From Lobosporangium transversale (taxonomy: Eukaryota), in assembly GCF_002105155.1 (NCBI RefSeq), contig NW_019029023.1, positions 248,001 to 312,000 of the forward strand: a DNA stretch of 64,000 nt. The letters run 5' to 3'. This document shows positions 57,401 through 64,000 of this stretch, in pieces. A program made the position numbers and the translations under genes. The notes below the pieces were generated by a model that was given only the letters and a program-made list of their open reading frames with translations, was not told the DNA's origin and ran no database searches. Each line of letters opens with the position of its first letter. Position 1 is the first letter of the stretch.

Positions 57401-58103
57401 TTTTCTCTTTTCTCTTTCTTCTCTTTCAATCTCTCTTCATTCATTCTTTCTCTCTTTCTTTCTCTCTTCCCTTTTTCCTTATTCTCTGCAACCACATCAA
57501 GTTTTATTACATACTCTCCTGTCTTTTACTTCTCCACATTGTCTTCCACATCCGTACCCTCCTCCTTTCTCTATTACTTTTTATTTTTTCTTTTCTTTTC
57601 TTTCCCTCCTTACTCTCTTCCTCGCTCATTCATTCTAAACACCCCATTCCCATTCATTCGTCCATTCATTGACAAACCTACAAAGTCGTGTGTCTGTGTG
57701 TGCTCATACATTTTGTTCTTTATCCGGGCAGACAGATTTTAATTTTCTTTTTTAGTCCGATTTACTTTATTTTGCTTATCTTTATCTGGCTCCTGACCCG
57801 ACTCCGCCCCCGCTATTAACCGCGACTAAAAAACTAAAAAAAATCTTCGCTTCCGTCACGCTAAACTATATATTCTTAAGGTCATACATAATCATAAAAA
57901 AAGACCTCTTTACTTCCTATCCCTATCCCTATCCATTCCTTCATCTCTTTTCTTTTTTTCTTCTTCTTTTTCTCGTCCTTCCTCGTTTATATCTCTCTTC
58001 ATTTGTTTCCTTTGTTTCTCTTTAACGCTCTCTATTACCTCATACCTCCCACACATCAGTTTTTTTTTTTCCCTTTTTTCCCTTGACATCAACAGGCTTC
58101 CGG

Positions 58104-59066
58104 ATGACACTTTCGATTCCTCAGCCTATCCCCTCTCGTTCCTCTCATCCGGTTCATGCACATCAACGACCCCCTGTCCGTCGTTCCCAGTCCCATTCTA
58201 CTTGCACAAATCCCTCCCAAAACATTAATGCCTCGACCAGATTTGGTCTCAGTCGACTCTTAACCACTTCAGACCATCGTCTTCATCAATCCGATATCGG
58301 CGATGAACTGACACTGACGAACGAGGATGATGAGGATGAGATCAACTCTGAGAACGATGACGATGACGATGATGATGATGATGAAGAACAAGATGAGGAT
58401 TCTTCAGAAGTACTAGTTGATAGTGGCCATTACTCCTCAGACCTCGATCTCGCCGTCATTGCAGAGAGCCGAGGTATCCCGATCGGCAAACCAAATTTCC
58501 TGTATAGTCAGAAAAACGCCAATCATCTTTACGGCACAGCCGGAGGGAGCGTTGATAGTAAGAGCCGAATGAGTCAAGGTTCACAAAGCGCATCCTCGCG
58601 ATTCCGCTACAGTCATAGTCATAGTAACAGCGATAGCCATCATAGCATCAATTTGATCTCAAACAATCTAAAGGCAACAACAGTAGGGACTAACAAAAAA
58701 AAGGATGATACCCAGTCTGACTCTTCCTTTACTCACTTTAAACAATTCCAACCACCATCACCACAACAACAGCAACAAGAAGGTTATTCCAAAAGTAGTA
58801 GACTTGTATCCCCTTCGAACAATCCATCCTCTCCCCCTTCTGCTCGTTCGCCTTCTCCTACTGCTCCCTTACCCTCGCCTTCGCTCTCCCCTGACAGCAC
58901 CCACTTTCCTCAGCGGGCAACACTCCAGAGGCATGATGCTCAAATCGGTCAACTTGATCTTGCCTCTGTTCAGGGCGAATCTGAATGTAGCCATGACCAT
59001 ATCAGCACTAGCATCAATACCAATAATAACTCTACTAGCAATGCTAGTCCTGATATCTTGAAAAGC

Positions 59067-59100
<34 letters not shown>

Positions 59101-61001
59101 GAAATAGTGTCAATCATAATGCAGCTCATTATACCCAACCCATCTCAATCGACACGTCCAAAGCTCGTCTGCATCAAGAAGATATCAAGGCACCAACCGG
59201 TGATGCATTACCGGCCTTGTCCAAGCTTAAACAAGCTGCATCAACCACTAGCCCTCCAAAGCCGCAGCAAAGCAGCCAATCCCCATTTGGGTTAAAAAAG
59301 GAAGAGAAACCTGCTCCTGTCTTCTCCCCCTCATTCCCTGCATCCTCTACAAACAACAGCTCAACACGTCCCTTGATGATGGCTAGCCAATCCCGGCTCA
59401 GCTCAGCCCTGCCGCCCACGCCCACGTTTCACCAACAGTTCATTACCACTCCAGAGTCTGTACTCTCCCCATCATCTCCTCGTGCCAACTCTGCTCTGGT
59501 CAATTCGCTTGAACAGCTCTCCGTATCTTGGAAAGCGCCGGAGAACACGCCGAGTTTCCCGATCAACCGCTTACATCGATCTAGAACAATCTCCACTGGT
59601 GCTCGGCCTTCTTTCCCTCCTTCATTCTCCTCCAATGGTTCTTCAAACTCGTCCGGGAGCATGAACCCTTACCAAAGCAACAATATCATGTCACCCAACA
59701 CAATGGTCACATCCTCCTCCTACAGCTCCTTGCCTTACTCTCCTGCTGTGGCATTCCTTTCGAACTTTGTGGATGTAACAGCGCCCCGTATGGCGCCTGA
59801 TGAGGAAGGGGAGCAAGTAGGCGATTTCATCATGGGGAAGATCATTGGACACGGTGGATTTTCTCTGGTGCGTGAGGCATTTGCAATTCATCTGGATGGA
59901 TTGGTTGCTTCAGTCGCTGTCAAGATTGTCAAGGCTCAGACGGGTGCTACCGACAATGACCGGATCCAGCGAATGTTGGACAAGGAGATCGCCATTTGGA
60001 GCCGGCTCTCACACCCGAATGTGTTGCCCTTCGTGGCAGTGGAGAAGCTTCCGTCGGACACCTTCGTTTTCTGCGAACTATGCACGGGCGGAAATCTTTT
60101 GGACTACTTGACAAAGCAAGAAGCTTCTTCATACATGTCATCACGTGCCAGTGGTGGCACAGTTGGCCTGGACGAGACACATGCTCGACTGATTTTTAAC
60201 CAGATTGCAGAGGCAGTCCGATACCTGCATGAGGAGAAGCGAATTGTTCACCGTGATATCAAGTTGGAGAACATTTTGCAGCACGAGGATGGAACGTGGA
60301 AGATTTGTGATTTTGGCTTGGCAGAGTATCAAAACGATGAGGCAGCATTGTACTTTGGATCGCCTCTCTCACCCACGATCTATAACCCTCGAGCCTCGTC
60401 TAATCAAAACCGTAACTGTCAACAGAGTCCCTCGAGCTTGCAAAGCCAGGATAGTAATAGCAATAACACCAATAATGATGACAGTGGCATGGATGTAGAA
60501 GTAGAGGAGGAGGATGATGTAGTTGGTGGCTCACTCGCTTATTGTTCGCCTGAGCAGCTCAGATCCCCAAAGCCCTTGCGATGCCCTTCCACGGATGTGT
60601 GGTCTCTGGGGGTGGTGCTGTATGCTTTGCTGACAGGCCGATTACCGTTCCAAGATGAATACGAGCCTCGTCTGCAGTTCCAGATCTTGAATGGTCGATA
60701 TGAAGATCCTACAGAGTGTAGTGCTGAGGCCCGTGATCTGTTGAAGAACATGTTCAAAGCCAAGGCTGGTGAACGACTGAAGATTGGTCAGGTCATTGAT
60801 CATCCTTGGTGCATCAACGCCACGCTGGAGGGTTCTTCTTCCTCTACAGCATCAATGACAACATCATTTGGAGGATTTGGTGGAAGTAATGGTTTTGGAG
60901 GAGGAAGCAATGGCTTTGGCGAGAGCAACAACAGCAACAATAATGGCAACCACAGTGATCATGCCAAGATGAATAACTTTTTTGCAACATTCCGGTTCTA
61001 A
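58104..61001 (+). CDS. Ser/Thr protein kinase (CAMK/SNF1-like group) with long disordered N-terminus, single exon
   Basis: IGHGGFSLV, VAVK, HRDIKLEN, DFG, GSLAYCSPE and DVWSLGVVLYALLTGRLPF. Confidence 0.92.
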
Positions 61002-61352
61002 ACGGATCTTTTTTTGTTGTTGCAATTTGTATACAAATTCTCTATTCATTTGATTTCTTTCTTTTTCGTTTTTTTCGTTTTTTCGTTTTTTCTTTGTTTT
61101 TGTTTTCGTTTTTTAATTTCAACCCTCCCTCCTCTTCCCCTCTTTAATTCGTTTACCTTTTTTTTTCTTGTAGCAATAATGTCACTCAATGTATTTATCC
61201 TTCTTCAACAAACCATTCAATTGGAATAAAAACATCTGTACTATATGAATTCTAAAATACGCATTTTCATGTCATGTCATGTCTTGTCTTATTATTATTT
61301 TTATTTTATTTTTTATTTTTTTTAAATAGTCTTGACTTGCTTTTCCAAAGCC

Positions 61353-61353
<1 letters not shown>

Positions 61354-61391
<38 letters not shown>
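61354..61391. repeat. (GA)n microsatellite
   Basis: Direct reading. Confidence 0.9.
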
Positions 61392-61393
<2 letters not shown>

Positions 61394-61520
61394 GAGAGGT
61401 TTATTTTTATATCGTTTGGGATATGAATAGGAAGAGGGGGGGATTGATATATGGGACGGGAGCAAAGGAACTTTTCTTTTCTTTTCTTTTCTTCTTTTCT
61501 TTGGCGGGAACGTTTCTAAT

Positions 61521-62268
61521 TTATTGATCAGCAGCCTCAGCAGCCTCGGCAGCCTCGCGTCTCTTTCTTTCCTCTGCAGTCTTCATTCTACGAATGCAGC
61601 TATTTTAATCGAGGGGATTAAAAAAATTAAATAAAATAAAATAAAATAAAGAGAATAGAATTAAATATTAATAATCTTGACAATCAAAAAATAATAGCAA
61701 TAAGTCTTTTTTTTTTTTTTTTTTTTTTTTTAACTGTTCTATCCTTCCATGACCATTAAAAAAAAAAAAAAAAAAAAAAAAAAGTCGTAATATTTTGGGA
61801 CGAGTCCGCTGTAATGGTAATGTTGTCTTGTTCTTATTCCCCGTAACAAATACATTTGCAACATGTTGTTTTCAAGAGGATTTACTCTCTCTTTCATCCT
61901 GAATAAAAAAATATGGCCGATACAATACAATTTCCTCTATTCATGTAATCCACTGTTGCCCCTCTGATTGTTATTATTGTTGTTGTGTTGTTTCTTTCTC
62001 TTTTTTTTTTCTTTCTTTCTTTCTTTTTTTTTTTTTTTGTCGTAGTCGTCTTCAATATGATGTTTGTATTAAATAAAAAATAAAAAAACAGTCCCCCGTA
62101 CTCATCGTATTGACATTTCTCATAGTCATGACGTTCATCCTGACACTTGAATGGTAAATAAAAAGTTTCGGAACGACACTTGTTCAAAGGAATGAGCAAA
62201 TGTGCACAAGAATCTCGATAGCCCAACGGAAGACGAGCATCCTGCATTTCCTTTTGTGTTGCGGACAT
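61521..62268 (-). CDS. NDUFB7: NADH:ubiquinone oxidoreductase B18 subunit (exons 62268-62102, 61599-61521)
   Basis: MSATQKEMQDARLPLGYRDSCAHLLIPLNKCR..KCQDERHDYEKCQYD|DCIRRMK has the twin CX9C-type pattern. GT..AG intron. Confidence 0.93.
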
Positions 62269-63355
62269 TATATTATTTATTTCCTTTGAGTCTTAAGAAA
62301 TGGTGAAAAGAGGGGGGGTGGTGAGTAAATGAATTATTCAATGTTTCCCCTCAAAATCGCTTGGAAATAAATAGATTCTATTCTATTGGATCCCTTAATT
62401 CCAACAGACGCGTCTTTTTTCATATATATTTTTTGCCACACAAAAATGTTGTCTAGATTTCTAGATTTGTAAATGTATTGTGTGGTGTGGCGAAGCATAA
62501 ATAAATTTCATCCTTTGACTTCACTTTTTGCTCGAAGGGCTCTCCACCGAGAAGAGTGAACCAATGTATTACGCGGATTCACATGAAATAAATAAAATAA
62601 GGTATAATACACGAGTAATAATTACAAATATGATAAGTTGGTGGCCAAACATTTCAGACGTAAAGTTTATGGTGTTGGCAAAAACTTTTCTTCTTTAGAT
62701 TTATAACACACAACTCAGAGCACTTTGGGGTTATCAATAATAAAACGACAGCAGCTACAATAGTCTAGTCCCTGCTTAGCGCCAAATGGACGTGGCAGAA
62801 ACATTCTAATTGCAGACCCTTATTTTGGGTTCAGTCAATACCACCATCTATAATATAAAATAAGATCTTGGTATATTTATACCTTCGTTATTTTAACTAA
62901 ATTGCAGGAGACAAAATAGAACTCTTCATGCAGAGATAAAAGACTGGATATTTGTAGTGTTAGTGAGATGGAAGGGTGGCCGAGAGGGACAAACGCAGAG
63001 GTAGAAAGATAGAAAGCGCCTCAAAAAGCTTCAGATTCTAGTTAGCTGCTTGTTCAAAACCCATCCGTTACTTCTGTACTTTGTCAACAGAGGAACATAA
63101 AAGACGCGAAATTTTTAAGCGAAATGACTATGCTTGTTGATGATAGTTCAAGGTGTGTACGCTTCTTTTTTTTTTTTTTTTTTTTTTTTTTAAGAGTTGA
63201 GTTCTATACTTTACTATCTCGTCCATACCCTCAACCATTATGGGATGGTACTACTCGAGAGCATTTTCACCCTAACGAAGATGTTCTCGCCTCCAACCTA
63301 ACGGCGTAAATTGACAGGTATGCAAAATATTCACTGTTGCCCTTGTGTAGCGAAG

Positions 63356-63390
<35 letters not shown>

Positions 63391-63448
63391 TCGACAGCAG
63401 CATCTCCATCTTGTCATCATCATCATCATTCCCTCGATCATTGCCGAG

Positions 63449-64000
63449 ATGACATGATCTCAATACCAATAATTTCGAAAAGCCAACAATGACATCATTG
63501 AAAAAGTTTGTGTAAGAACTGCCTCTGCTTCCGGAGGTAATGACGGCAATTCATTCTACGTGACTTTACAAGACGTTCGAGACGTGTTTCCTGATGCACA
63601 CCGATTCATGTCGGGGGGAGATCCCATCCCATTCCTTATAGAGCCTGATGGCAGCAGGTATCTTATTTTATTATAATGCCTTATCAAATGTTCTAGAAAA
63701 GAAAAGAAAAAAAAAATGTGAGAACTCAATTAACTGCGTCTTTTTTTTTTTTTTTTTTTTTTCCTTCCTATTTCGTTATATTAGAATTGAACCTCCACGC
63801 ATTGCGTTCTACCCTGACAAGGTTCTGGATGTCATTGCAGAAGTACCACAGTCCTGCAATTGCAACAGCAACAGCAACAGTAACAGTAGCAGCAACAGCA
63901 ATACTGTCGTCCTTTTGCCAACCTCAAAAGAGTCAAAAAACTTGACCTTTCAGGACCTTCTTTTGGCATTATCCAACTTTATCCAATCTTCCAGCTCATC
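63449..64000 (+). pseudogene. LRR-family paralogue 5, 5' part only (cut by window end), with nonsense codons
   Basis: Same leader (CCGAGATGAC). It reads MT*SQYQ*FRK..IEKVCVRTAS..YVTLQDVRDVFPDAHRF..PIPFL, then intron 63658-63784, then IEPPRIAFYPDKVLDV. Confidence 0.85.

Noticed and set aside
63449..63475. Two apparent C-to-T nonsense changes (TGA, TAA) suggesting RIP-like mutation
   Set aside because: Too few sites. The near-identical duplicated arms and the intact Tc1 show no heavy C-to-T load.

Overview
Eukaryotic, intron-containing fungal DNA. The E2F/DP factor, START-type PITP, Crinkler gene and poly-T/A-rich introns point to an early-diverging lineage, most likely Mortierellaceae (inference). 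Ordinary genes are a septin-like GTPase/ankyrin fusion, a GAT-like protein, PRP31, PITP, a DP transcription factor, a CAMK-group kinase and NDUFB7. They are interleaved with two accessory blocks (about 6.2-23.5 kb and 27.8-46.6 kb). These blocks are dominated by one gene family built as short N-terminal header + variable coiled coil + Cys/His-containing central domain + 28-aa RNI-type LRR array. The window holds five such genes or pseudogenes and two orphan LRR cassettes. A recent inverted duplication (10205-16626 vs 46558-38736) gives two sister genes with near-identical flanks but completely rewritten LRR arrays: 84-bp units with constant frameworks and hypervariable surface codons. This looks like a rapidly diversifying LRR receptor system. 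Also present are an intact Tc1 (DD34E) element sitting exactly on a duplication breakpoint, Tc1 relics, a 400-bp solo LTR with a 5-bp TSD, three decayed copies of a putative PD-(D/E)XK-like gene, and a Crinkler pseudogene truncated by a DDE transposase fragment. All alignments were done by eye; no searches were run.
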